From: Somniosus microcephalus
Taxonomy: Eukaryota
Length of the DNA: 64,000 bases
Assembly (NCBI GenBank): GCA_052327205.1
Contig: CM126207.1
Location: 76,880,001 to 76,944,000 of the forward strand
Direction: 5' to 3'
Shown: one piece after another, positions 37,523-48,825 of the stretch
How positions within the stretch are numbered: the first letter of the stretch is position 1
Layout: each line of letters starts with the position of its first letter
Translations under genes and position numbers: made by a program
Notes under the pieces: generated by a model
The model's input: only the letters and a program-made list of their open reading frames with translations
Database searches by the model: none
What the model was told of the DNA's origin: nothing

Positions 37523-40500
37523 TGTTGTGTATGTAATATGTGTGCTACTTTGAACCTATGGACAGGACTGCACTACTTGTTGGGCGTAGTGATACGCAGT
37601 ACCACTCCTGGCCATAGGGGTATAAATAGTACTGTGGGTACTGATCTCCCCTCAGTTCCCGCCTGTGGGCATGAAGTAAAGACCTACGTATAGTCCCTAC
37701 CTCCAACCAGTAAAGACCTGTTTGAGTTATACGTTTAAGTCTTTGTGTTAATTGTTCAATACAATACACATACTTAACACTGGCGACGAGTCAGGTTCTT
37801 ACCCTGCGGCAGTTGAAGAGAGGTTTCAAACATCACCACCCCACTAGAAGCGACAGGCTTTAGGACTCTGAAGCCTCCATCAGCGACTGAGCACTGGAGT
37901 GCAGCAAACATCCTGACAGCTTCCAGCGACTGACAGAAGTCTTTCTGCAGTTTCCTTGTTCAACCTAGGTGGTGGGGTAAGCCGTGCAGTGTTGGCTGCA
38001 AAGACAGGGCTGGGGAAGTTGGAGAAGATAAGGGCGATCGCAATCCCTGATAAGAGCCGCGTTGAAACACGCGAGCGGGTAAGCCAGAGCCCGGGAGGGA
38101 GCGAGCAAGAGCCGCGCGAGCGGGTGAGCCAGAGGCCGGGAGCCGCTTCAAGTGCGAGGCACAGCGCGGGCCAGCGATCGGGACCAAAGATAAGGGCCGC
38201 ACTCGGACTGAAAGGCGCGGCGGCTGCAGAAGCTCAAGGTGCGAGAGCCGCGGTGCACAGCGCGGGCTATCGATCGGAACCAAAGATAAGGGCCGCACTC
38301 GGGGGCTGAAGGGAGACGGCGTCGGGGGACGGGTGAAGACCGCCAAGCGCGGGAAAACTGCCATTTTGTGGGCGGAGGACGACGGCAAGAGCGGGAAGCC
38401 GCCATCTTTGATAACAAGTAAACAAAATAAAATCTGAGAAATTGCAAATCTACAATGCCTAAACACGGGAATATTAGCACCTTTGATAGTGACCTCGAAG
38501 ATTGGGCCATATATGTTGAAAGAGTAAAAAATTATTGTAAGGCCAATAAAATTCATGACCAAGATAAAGCTCTAACATTATTAAATTTAATGGGTGCGAA
38601 GACATACGGGCAATTGAAACACCTGTTATCACCAGATGAACCGGCGGATAAGACGTTCGATGAGATTGTTACTGTCCTGAAAGATCATCTAAACCCCACG
38701 CCGCTGATGCTAGCGGAACGATTTAAATTTTACGACAGAAGGCAGCTACAGCATGAAAGCAATGCTGAATATTTGCTGGAATTGCGTAAATTAGCGAAAT
38801 ATTGCCAGTTTGGAACGGGACTGACAGATGCACTACGAGACAAATTTGTGTGTGGTTTATTTAAACAGGATACACAAAAGCGACTGCTCGAGGAGAATGA
38901 GCTGACGCTTGAGAAGGCGGTCACTATGGCAGCAGCACACGAAGCCGCAGCGAGAGGCACGGCAGTAATGCAGCTACGGTCACCGGAGCTCAGTGCACAC
39001 AAATTGGGTGTGAGTTCTGGCAAATGTTATCGTTGTGGAAAGACAACGCATGATCAGAACCAGTGTTGGTTTAAAAACCAAGAATGTAGAACTTGTGGTA
39101 GGCTTGGACATATAGCTAGAGTATGCAGGTCAGGGAAGAAGACCAGCAACAAGAAGTCACCGCAAGGAAAATACGCAAAGGTACACAAGGTGACCGAACA
39201 GGAGTCCGATTCAGACGCTAGCAGTAATGAACTGGCTAGCTTAAGCTGTAATGAACTGGCTAGCTTAAGAGTACTCAACGCTGGTAAGGGTGCAGACCTC
39301 CAGACAATTTGGGTCACTCTTCAGATAGAAGGAGTCCAAGTAAAACTGGAATTGGACACTGGATCGGCATTGACGGTCATAAATAAAAAAGATTACGGAA
39401 AGTTATTCCAACATATTCCCCTACAGGATACGGGGATTATATTGAAAACATACACGGGGCAAAGAGTGTACCCCATCGGGAAAATAGAGGTTGCAGTGGT
39501 CCACAAGGGCGAAGACAGTCAAATAATGGACTTATATGTGATATCTGAAGGAGGTTCTCCACTACTAGGACGGGAGTGGATTAGGAAAATGAATATGGAC
39601 TGGCATTTCCTACAAACAATAACGAGTGAGAACTCGGTGAAGATAGTCGGCCCAGACTCTGGAACGGATGATGGTATGCCCAACTCAGGTGCAAAAGACA
39701 AAGTTTCAGCACAGAATTCCACTGAGCAACAACAACATAGTTTAACTGTGGATTCTGAGTCTGGCAAGTCTACTGATGTGCCCATTTCTGAGGGACACCG
39801 GGCTCGAACTCAACTCCATTTCAAACTACAACAGCAATTAGAACAAATGCTTCGCCGTTGTGAGCAAGAGTTGAATGCAACGAAAGAGTTCTTTGATACA
39901 GAGTTGGAGAATCTGGAAAGACAACAGAAGCAGCTGATGGAGAAAATGGAGCAGGAGCACACAAAACGTCTGATGTCAGAGGAGTTAACGGTCAGCCAAC
40001 TCCTGCATATGCTGAAGGACAGGACTCTGAAATGGGAAAAACTTGAACATGAACTTCAATATTCAAACGAAAGGGGTTCGGAGCTCTCAAAGGTTATTGG
40101 AAGAGCTGAGGTGGCAACACAGACTGAGATGACTGCAACAGAGCAGCCCTTGGATGCCAAAAGTACGCTGACTCACGTCAACGTAGAACAACAGACCGCT
40201 GAAACAGCTGCTCCGGTAGAGGGATTGAATAGTCCAATCAATCAATCTCCAAAAGAAGTTGAAGTAGTAAAATCTCAAATGAGGTCATTAGTAAACGACT
40301 TGCTGAAAGCCCAGAAAAAGCTGGATGAAGAGGTACGCATGAAGAAGTCTCTTCAGGAAAGATGTCTGGACTTGGAACAAAAGCTGGCTAACGCCCAGCT
40401 GGGTATGGAGGAAATAGAAGACCCTCTCGCTGGCCTAGATCAGGACGACACCGAATATTACTATGTCCTGTCCTGCCCAACTTGTAACTTCGACTCCCAC

Positions 40501-41244
40501 CATACAGAAATCATGGAGGAGCACCGAAAGTCTACGGAACATCGGGAGAAGGTGGCTCTACTACGGAAAAAGGAGGGAGAGAAGGAGGAACTGCGCATGC
40601 AGCTGGCAGCTGACAGTGGAGCCCAGAGAGTCTCCAAGAAGCAGAAAAGGAAAAGTCGAAACAGAAGATGACCCATCTGAACCATTATTACCTCTACCAG
40701 ATCACACACGTGGTCCCTCCGAACGGAGCCAATTCAGTTCGGAAGTTCAAACTGTTAAATCCATGGAAGGACTATTGAATGAGTCACTCCAGCAACGTGA
40801 ACCGACTCCACCACAGAGATTGAATCTGTGAACTGTTTTCCGCAGAGACTGAATCTGTGATCTGTTTTGACATGAAGTTATCTATGTATCTATGTTATTC
40901 TGTTATGTAAACCTGAAGTTATATATGTATATATGTTATTACGTTATGTTAAATGGGGAGATGACTGTAAAGCTAGGAAGGGAGGAATGTTGTGTATGTA
41001 ATATGTGTGCTACTTTGAACCTATGGACAGGACTGCACTACTTGTAGGGCGTAGTGATACGCAGTACCACTCCTGGCCATAGGGGTATAAATAGTACTGT
41101 GGGTACTGATCTCCCCTCAGTTCCCGCCTGTGGGCATGAAGTAAAGACCTACGTATAGTCCCTACCTCCAACCAGTAAAGACCTGTTTGAGTTATACGTT
41201 TAAGTCTTTGTGTTAATTGTTCAATACAATACACATACTTAACA
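37523..41244 (+). mobile_element. Young non-autonomous Gypsy-type LTR element lacking RT, RNase H and integrase
   Basis: 257-bp LTRs 37523-37779 and 40988-41244 (one mismatch), TSD ACCAC, PBS TGGCGACGAG at 37781, PPT AGGAAGGGAGGAA before the 3' LTR, TATAAA in LTR. Confidence 0.95.
38455..40671 (+). CDS. Chimeric Gag-protease fused to STK10/SLK-like and optineurin-like coiled coils and a zinc finger (738 aa)
   Basis: Two CCHC knuckles, LDTGS protease; then [15 protein letters not shown] (STK10-like), EELTVSQLL...TQTE...MKKSLQERC (OPTN-like), CPTC..H.....H, basic C-terminus; no stop codons. Confidence 0.85.
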   Translation: MPKHGNISTFDSDLEDWAIYVERVKNYCKANKIHDQDKALTLLNLMGAKTYGQLKHLLSPDEPADKTFDEIVTVLKDHLNPTPLMLAERFKFYDRRQLQHESNAEYLLELRKLAKYCQFGTGLTDALRDKFVCGLFKQDTQKRLLEENELTLEKAVTMAAAHEAAARGTAVMQLRSPELSAHKLGVSSGKCYRCGKTTHDQNQCWFKNQECRTCGRLGHIARVCRSGKKTSNKKSPQGKYAKVHKVTEQESDSDASSNELASLSCNELASLRVLNAGKGADLQTIWVTLQIEGVQVKLELDTGSALTVINKKDYGKLFQHIPLQDTGIILKTYTGQRVYPIGKIEVAVVHKGEDSQIMDLYVISEGGSPLLGREWIRKMNMDWHFLQTITSENSVKIVGPDSGTDDGMPNSGAKDKVSAQNSTEQQQHSLTVDSESGKSTDVPISEGHRARTQLHFKLQQQLEQMLRRCEQELNATKEFFDTELENLERQQKQLMEKMEQEHTKRLMSEELTVSQLLHMLKDRTLKWEKLEHELQYSNERGSELSKVIGRAEVATQTEMTATEQPLDAKSTLTHVNVEQQTAETAAPVEGLNSPINQSPKEVEVVKSQMRSLVNDLLKAQKKLDEEVRMKKSLQERCLDLEQKLANAQLGMEEIEDPLAGLDQDDTEYYYVLSCPTCNFDSHHTEIMEEHRKSTEHREKVALLRKKEGEKEELRMQLAADSGAQRVSKKQKRKSRNRR

Positions 41245-42012
41245 ACCACAGGGTAATTTCCCGCATCACAGGAAATGGCCCAGCACTAACGACTTAGTGA
41301 ACATCTCAGCTTTCAACGTCATCCTCTTGTCAGATGCCTTACTGAGCATACATTTGGTGAAACCATCTGCTCCTGTTACGTTCACTCAATATACACCTAA
41401 GGTAGAGTTCAGCAGCAGTAATTGGCTGACCTAAGGCAGTTGCATTGCTTCCCAGTTCATTTTCTTCTCCATTACTTTCAATGGCTGTTCTCAGAGGTTG
41501 GAATAATTCTACTTTTACGGATGTAATGATCTACTTCCTTTTCCTAGCTCCTGGTGAATTCCTTGTAATTTGCTTTAGTGCAAAGATGATCTTTGAAGAA
41601 CTCGCTTTCTATGAGTGTATCTCTGTACTGTAGCCCAGGGAATACAACGTCAGGAATGTTTTGCACTGGCTCTTCCCTGTAGCTCTGCAGATGTCAAATT
41701 GTTTGAAGTGTTGCTCTCATTCAACCTTTCATGGGAGATTTTAATTACCCCCAAATAAACTGGCAAGAAGATGTAGCGAAAGGGATACAGCAAATTAAGA
41801 TTTTACAATGTCTGCGATTTTGCCTCCCTGGGCGAGTTCATGGCGGGAGAGGTCGGTGGCGGGCCGCAAGCCTGTTGATGTCTTCACCCCACTGAACAAG
41901 ATCTTACCTTAATGGGCCTTGTTAAGCCCGACCGGCGCGTTACCTGGCCCAATTAAAAGGTGCGGGTCTGGTGACGTCAGCACTGACGCGTTTGGTGCTG
42001 GTATATTTATAC

Positions 42013-43945
42013 AGAGGCCTGGAATAATGATCCAGAGACGTGAGTTCAAATCCCACCACAGCAGCTGGGGAATAGAAATTCAGTTAACTAAATAAATCTG
42101 GAATAAAAAGCTAGTATCAGTACTGGTGACCATGAAACTATCGGATTGTCGTAAAAACCCATTTGGTTCACTAATGTCCTTTAGCAAAGGAAATCTGCCG
42201 TCCTTACCTGGTCTGGCCTATATGTGACTCCAGACCCACAGCAATGTGGTTGACTCTTAACTGCCCTCTGAAATGGTCTAGCAAGTCATTGTAAAAAACC
42301 ACTACGAAAAATAATAAGAATCAAACTGGATGGACCACCCGGCATTGAGCTCAGCACTGGCTACGGACACAGCAATGGCACACCCAGCCCAGTCGACACT
42401 GCAAAGTTCTCCTCACCAACATCTGGGGACTTGTGCCAAAATTGGGAGAGCTGTCCCACAGACTAGTCAAGCAACAGCCTGACATAAACATACTCACAGA
42501 ATTATACCTTTCAGCCAATGTCCCAAACTCCTCCTTCACCATCCTTGGGTATGTCCTGCCCCACTGGCAGGACAGACCCACCAGGGGTGGCGGCACAGTG
42601 GTATACAGTCAGGAAGGAGCGGCCCTGGGAGTCCTCAACATTGACTCTGGACCCCATGAAGTCTCATGGCTTCAGGTCAAGCATGGGCAAGGAAACCTCC
42701 TGCTGATTACCACCTACCGCCCTCCCTCAGCTGATGAATCAGTATTCCTCCATGTTGAGCACAACTTGGAAAAAGCACTGAGAGTAGCAAGAACATAGAA
42801 TGTACTCTGGGTGGGGGACTTCAATGTCCATCACCAAGAGTGGCTCAGCAGCACCACTACTGACCGAGCTGGCCGAGTCCTGAAGGACATAGCTGCCAGT
42901 CTGGGCATACGATAGGTGGTGAGAGAACCAACACGAGGGAAAAACCTAAACTCGAGGGAAAACCTAAACTCGAGGGAAAAACGTAAACTCGAGGAACAGC
43001 ACCTCATCTTCCGATTAGGCACTTTGCAGCCTTCCGGACTCAATATCGAGTTCAACAATTTCAGATCATAACCTCGGCCCCTATTACATTTTGACTTATA
43101 TTTTTTTCCACCCCTTTGTTTTCGGTCTTCCCTTCCCCCCCCCTTTTCATTTTTTTTCTCTCTCCCACATGGCAGCTCTGTCTCATCCTGCCAGTACACT
43201 TCACACCTAATCTCAGCCATCTTTTGTCTCCACTTGTCCTATTACCATTTCGTCTGGTTTTGAATACCTCTTAGTGTCTCTTACTTCTTTTGTTCTATCG
43301 CAGCCCTGCCTTCGATCTATTTTATTTCCTTTCCAGTTTTGAAAAAGGGTTTCGACCCGAAACGTCAACTCTAATTTCTCGCCACGGATGTTGCCTGGCC
43401 TGCTGAGTTTTTCCAGCATTTTCTGTTGTTATTACGAGGGAAAAACCTACTTGATCTCGTCCTCATCAATCTACCTGTCGCAGATCCATCTGTCAATGAC
43501 AGCATTGGTCGCAGTGACCACCACACAGTCATTGTGGAGACGAAGTCCCATCTTCACACTGAGGACACCCTCTATCGTGTTGTGTGGCAATACCACTGTG
43601 CTAAATGGGTTTAAATTCAGAACAGGTCTAGCAGCTCAAAACTGGGCATCCATGAGACGCTGTGAGCCATCAGCAGCAGCAGAATTGTATTCCACCACAA
43701 ACTGTAGTCTCATGGCTCAGCATATCCCTTGCTCTACCATTACCACTAAACCAGGGGATCAACCATGGTTCAATAAGTCGTGTAGAATAGCATGCCAGGA
43801 GCAGTACCAGGTGTACGTAAAAATGCGGTGCCAACCTGGGGAAGCTGCAACACAGGACTACATGCATGCTAAAAAGCGGAAGCAGCATGCTGTGGACAGG
43901 GCTAAGTGATCCCACAATCAATGGATCAGATCAAAGCTCTGCAGT
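42013..43945 (+). mobile_element. LINE 5' region: SINE-like head followed by an APE endonuclease ORF
   Basis: B-box-like GAGTTCAAATC at ~42042; endonuclease motifs LTE, DRPTRGGG, YRPP, GDFNVH, LDLVL, SDH. Confidence 0.75.
42949..43433 (+). mobile_element. Penelope-like element 3' fragment
   Basis: KLEEQHLIFRLGTLQPSGLNIEFNNF, pLTR with CGAAACG; 16-bp TSD ACGAGGGAAAAACCTA. Confidence 0.82.
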
Positions 43946-44247
43946 TCTGAATTCTGACCTCTTGCAGCATCCCCGATTTCCTTCACTCCACCACTGGCAA
44001 CCGTGCCTTCAGCCGCCTAGGCCTTAAGCTTTGGAATTCCCTCCCTAAACCTCTCTGCCTCTCTACCTCTCTTTCCTCCTTTAAAACGCTCCTTAAAGCC
44101 TACCTCTTTGATCAAGCTTTTGGTCACCTGCCCTAATTTCTCTTTATGTGGCTCGGTGTCAAATTTTGTGTCTTATACTCCTGTGAAGCACCTTGGGTCG
44201 TTTTACTATGTTACAGGTGCTATGTAAATACAATTTTTTGTTGTTGC
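43946..44247 (+). mobile_element. L2-type 3' tail
   Basis: Highly similar to 37125-37421. Confidence 0.75.
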
Positions 44248-44365
44248 TGAGAAATATATCCCACTAAAAAGCAAGAACAAACTAGCCAATATTGACACAC
44301 CAGGAATGAATAAATAAATAAGGGCAAAGTTGAAACTAAAGAAAAAGGCATATACGAAGTACATA

Positions 44366-45091
44366 GGCCCAGATATTCCGATCTCTACAGGTGGGTACGT
44401 GCTGTGTACCCTCCGGTAGGGACATCGGAAATGCCGGTTTCAGGCATGCACAGCGCATGCGCTGAAAACCGGCATTTCCGATCTGTCAAGAATGTTCTTG
44501 ACAGATCCTCTGGCTGCCCTGGAGCAGGTCCTCTGCGGGCAGATAGTCCGCTTTTTAGAGACCCTCCTCCCGCAGAAGACCTTTACAATTCTTATGCCTG
44601 GGTAAGAGGTGAAAAAAGTAAAAAAAAATGTTTTCAGTCATTTATCATTTAAAAATACTTTAAGAAATGGTAAGTTTATTTTTAGCCCCGTAAAAAACTT
44701 TAATTATTTTTTTCAAAAAATTAAATTTTTGTTTAAAATATTTTATTTTTTGTAATTTCAACTAATTTTAAAAAGGTGATAGTTTTTCTTTAATTTATTT
44801 AATGTTTTACAGTGTTTTTGGGGTGATCTCCATTCATATATTTGACAGGTCTATCTGTCAAGTGTATGGAGGAAGATTCCCTTCTTTGATTGGCTCCCCA
44901 TGGCCCACGTGATCCCAGGGACGCTTGCAAACCGCCTGCGCCTCTGGGATACGTAGGCCCTGCACACTTGGGGTTGGAGAGGCCCAGGATCGGAAGTATA
45001 CGCACCTCGGGAGCCCTCAGGTAAGTGTGTAGATTTTTTCCAGATTGGAGGCCTCCGCACGCGGGTAGCCTCCGATCGGAAAATACGGCCC
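44366..45091. mobile_element. Harbinger-type MITE with AT-rich core
   Basis: GGCCCAGATATTCCGATC / GATCGGAAAATACGGCCC termini, TSD ATA. Confidence 0.78.
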
Positions 45092-45762
45092 ATAGACAAC
45101 AAAGGAGAGGATGACAAAAGAGAATAAGAAAAGATTAGGAAAGAAGTAAAAAAATCATTTAGGAAGGCAAAGAGGAACTTTGAAATTAAGTTATCAAGGA
45201 ATATAAAAAGAAGTAGTAAAGTATTCTACAGACACATAAATAACAAAAGAAAAATTAGGATAGGGATAGAGCCACTAAGGGATACACATGATAAACTCAT
45301 AGGTAATGACAGCAAAATGGCAGAAATATTAAATAATTACTTTGCAATGGTATTTAGCAGGGAAACTAATAAGGTGGGCACGACATTAGAGGAAGCGATG
45401 AAAAAAGATATAGAGATGTTTAAGATAGATAGGGGCAGATAATTGATACACTAATCAAATTTAGAAAGGAAAAAACCCCATGTCCAGATAGATTGAATCC
45501 CCACATATTAGAAGAAGTTATGGAAGAGACAGCAGAGTCATTTTACATACATACTATGTGGAGTCAGCAGACAAGTAGTATAATGGATAGCAAATGGCTA
45601 CAAATCAGAGAGTAGGGGTTAAAGGCAGTTACTCAGAGTGGCAAAATGTGGGAAATGGTGCTAAGACCACTGTCGTTTACCATTTACATAAACGATTGGG
45701 ACTTGGGAATCGGAAGTACAATTTCAAAATTTGCGGATGATACCAAATTGGGGGGTGTAGTT

Positions 45763-45906
45763 CAACATTCCTTCTAAGCTGCGCGGCCGTGCAGCCCGGG
45801 ACCGGCTTTTCTAATGTTAAATTTTGCGCCTGCATAAAACTGTGAATGGGCTGCGCAGCCCCTTAATGGGGCCATCCACCCCAAAAAAAATTTAGGGGGA
45901 ACATTG
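45763..45906. mobile_element. 144-bp hAT-type MITE
   Basis: TIR CAACATTCCTTCTAA / TTAGGGGGAACATTG, 8-bp TSD GTGTAGTT. Confidence 0.78.
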
Positions 45907-46245
45907 GTGTAGTTAATACAGAGGAAGACTGCGACAAAATACAGGAAGACATGCAGAATGGGGTGTAATTGGCAAATGAACTTCAATATAGATAAGTTTG
46001 AGGTGGTATATTTTGCTGGAAGAATAAGGAGGCCACATAATGCTTGGAAAATAAATATCTAAATGAGGTAGAGAAGCACAGGGATCTGGGGGTACTGATA
46101 TCCAAATCACTAAAACAAGTGACAGAGGTTAATAAGGCCATTTAAAAAAGCAAACAAAGTACTGTGGTTCATTACTAGAGGGATAAAACTGTAAAGCAGA
46201 GAAGTTATGTTAAATTTGTATAGAACCTTGGTTATACCACACTTG

Positions 46246-46914
46246 GTGGGAAAGATTGGGTGGCGCCCCTTTTGGGGCACTAACATTGACGGGGCCCTCT
46301 GCCAGAAATTCATTAGTAGTGCCCCAAGCAGGAGGCGGGGCACTACTAGAAGCGCAACACCTCCTTCTTGGGGCACTACAACTGAATATCGCAGCGCTGC
46401 GTGCAACGGTGCCACGCCCATCAGCACATGGCGGCACGTCATTGCAAGCCTCCTCCCCTGATTAAAGGGGAGGGGCCTAGCGCTGCACGCACCGGGGTCC
46501 TGCTAGACCACCGGGTAGCAGGGTGCCGTGAAAACAGCCCAGCATTCAAGAAGAATGCTGGGCTGTGCGATCATGGCCGGCACCCCGAGAAAAAAAGGGG
46601 AAGGGGGCAGGTGCTGGCAGTCAACCATAGAAAAATGGCCGCCCGACACCTGCCCCTTTTACTAGCGCCGCCGCCGCTGCAAAAAACACCCCCCTGACCC
46701 TGTCGGACATATCGTCCGACGATAGGTCAGGGGGCACAAGCGATGTTTGCAGCCGGGGCGCAAGCGGGGCGCTGCGCACGACGATGACGTCATCGCTGGT
46801 GGCGCAGCGCCACAGGGCGCTAAAGGCTACTGCTGCTGCTAACGGGGATTTGTGCCCCATTAGTGCCCCCCGGGGATGCTAACGAGAGGCGCAAATCAAC
46901 CCAATATTTCCCCC
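46246..46914. mobile_element. GC-rich Harbinger-type MITE
   Basis: GGGAAAGATTGGG / CCCAATATTTCCCCC ends; interrupts CR1 at PHL|EYC. Confidence 0.72.
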
Positions 46915-47879
46915 TTAGGGTATTGTGAACAATTCTGGACTCCATATTATAAAAAGTATATGGAGGCACTGGAGAAGGTGCAAAAAAGGTTTACAAGAAT
47001 TATACCAGAACTGAGAGGTTATACCTATCAGGAAAGATTGAACAGGCTTGGTCTCTTTTCTCTAGAAAAGAGAAGACTGAGGGGTGACCTGATAACCGGA
47101 CTGCTGGAGTTCAAGGTGAAGGCCCACCATCACCTCTTCAGTGAAATTAGGGATGAGCAATAAATGCACATTGCCAGTATTAACCGCATCCTAATAACAA
47201 CTAAAAAGAAACACTGTTCCACCCTGAACAGCTCTATGCTTTAATCTGATGTTATTACTTAAATAACATTAAACTATAAACTGACCATTCAAAACACATT
47301 GGGAGAACCTAGATTTGCAAAGATAGCAAATGACTTGAACTAGGTTGATTGGGCAGTCCTACGAGGCAGGGACATTACTAACACAAAATGGAATGCGCTC
47401 AAAACTATTTTAATGTAAAAGGAAGCTATCCATGTTCCAAGAGTTAAAAGCAGAATATTACTGCCACAAAGGAGTGGAAACTCTACCCTCATTTATTTTG
47501 TTAAATAATTTGGTTCTGATGCTGCTAGATCCATACCAGAACTGGCAAATGCGCTAAATCCCGAACTTGTGATCTGTCAAGTTACGAAGGAAAAGATGAT
47601 CCACTGCGACTTTTAAATCCTCATTTATGGCGAATCGTTGGGCTAATTACCCACCAACTTCTCATCAATTTGCACAGCGTAAGGGGAGGGGGATGAGAAA
47701 ATTGCAATTTCAGGGCCATAATAATTCAAAACAAACACATAAAAGAACCTACCAGGCAGCTGTAAAGGCTCGGTTTGAGGGATGAGATTGCTTTAATCTT
47801 TTGTTTCAATCTTGCAGAGCCAATCTACTCATTTCAAAATTGAATACAAACCAAATAACTGTATTGGCACTTTTAAAAC

Positions 47880-48525
47880 TGAAAAATTCCCCTCCTTTGT
47901 GCCTCCCGGGGGGGTGCTAACGGGGCACAAAGGCCTTTTCGCCTGGCCGCGACACTGACCTCGCCTCCTGCCAAATTCCACAGGAGGTTAGCAGTGGCAC
48001 TATCAGGTTGAGCCCTGATCTCATGCACCCGGAGATCATGATGTCTACTCCGGGCGCATCGCCCCGGCAGAGAAATTGCCCTTCACCTCCTGCAGCAGCA
48101 CCGGGCGATGGCAGTGACTGCTGCAGGGGACGTGAGCAGGGCAGCCGGCCGCTAGCGGGGCAGAAGGTAAAGGTGAGGTGGCCGGCCGCCCTGAAAAAAC
48201 AGTCGGCTTTTTGAAAAAAAATTTTTTTGTTGCTCCGGACACGGGTCTGATTGCATGGCACCCCCGCTCCGCGGTGCTGCAGGCAAGTTAAAAAAAAAAC
48301 TGCAGAGTTTGCAGCGTGGGGCCCGTCCCTTTAATTCAGGGAAGAGCCCCTGCAATGCGTCAGTGCCACGTGGCCCAGTGCGTGGCGCTGCTGAGTCGTA
48401 CGCTCCACTTCCCTCAGAGCAAAAAGTGGGAATTTTAGAAAGGCTGGAAGAGGCTAGCACCTGTCGCTAACTTTTCCAGCTTTTCTGATTTAGCGCCCCA
48501 ATCAGGGCTCGAGGGGAATTTCTAA
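47880..48525. mobile_element. Degenerate GC-rich MITE
   Basis: AAATTCCCCTC / GAGGGGAATTT inverted ends. Confidence 0.55.
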
Positions 48526-48825
48526 CACAATCGATCTACTTTAATCGACAAAAGAGTTTGGTCGTCACAATTCTGAGGTGACAGGGTTTTGCGTTCGTAT
48601 ATTATTTATATATATATTAAATAACCTTATCAAGATTTCAACTTCTTGTCAGGTCATTTACAGATATATGGAAATGTATTGATGGAAGCTTGCAAGTAAA
48701 GTTGGATTCCAATTGACCTGCATCTTTCTTTAAAGCATAATAGTCAAAGGGGGCTTTATATGTTTCCTGATTGGTTAGTGACAGGGGTACTGCCACACGT
48801 AATCACAGGTATGCTTATGCACCAC

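Larger units (their letters stand above)
44250..47095 (+). mobile_element. Degraded CR1 LINE with three MITE insertions
   Basis: SKFADDTKLGG, LNLYRTLV.PHL, YCEQFWTP, RLNRLGLFSLEKRRLRGDLI. Confidence 0.8.

Noticed and set aside
39790-40610. Native STK10 or OPTN locus
   Set aside because: The segments are intronless, partial, fused to Gag and enclosed by LTRs with a TSD.
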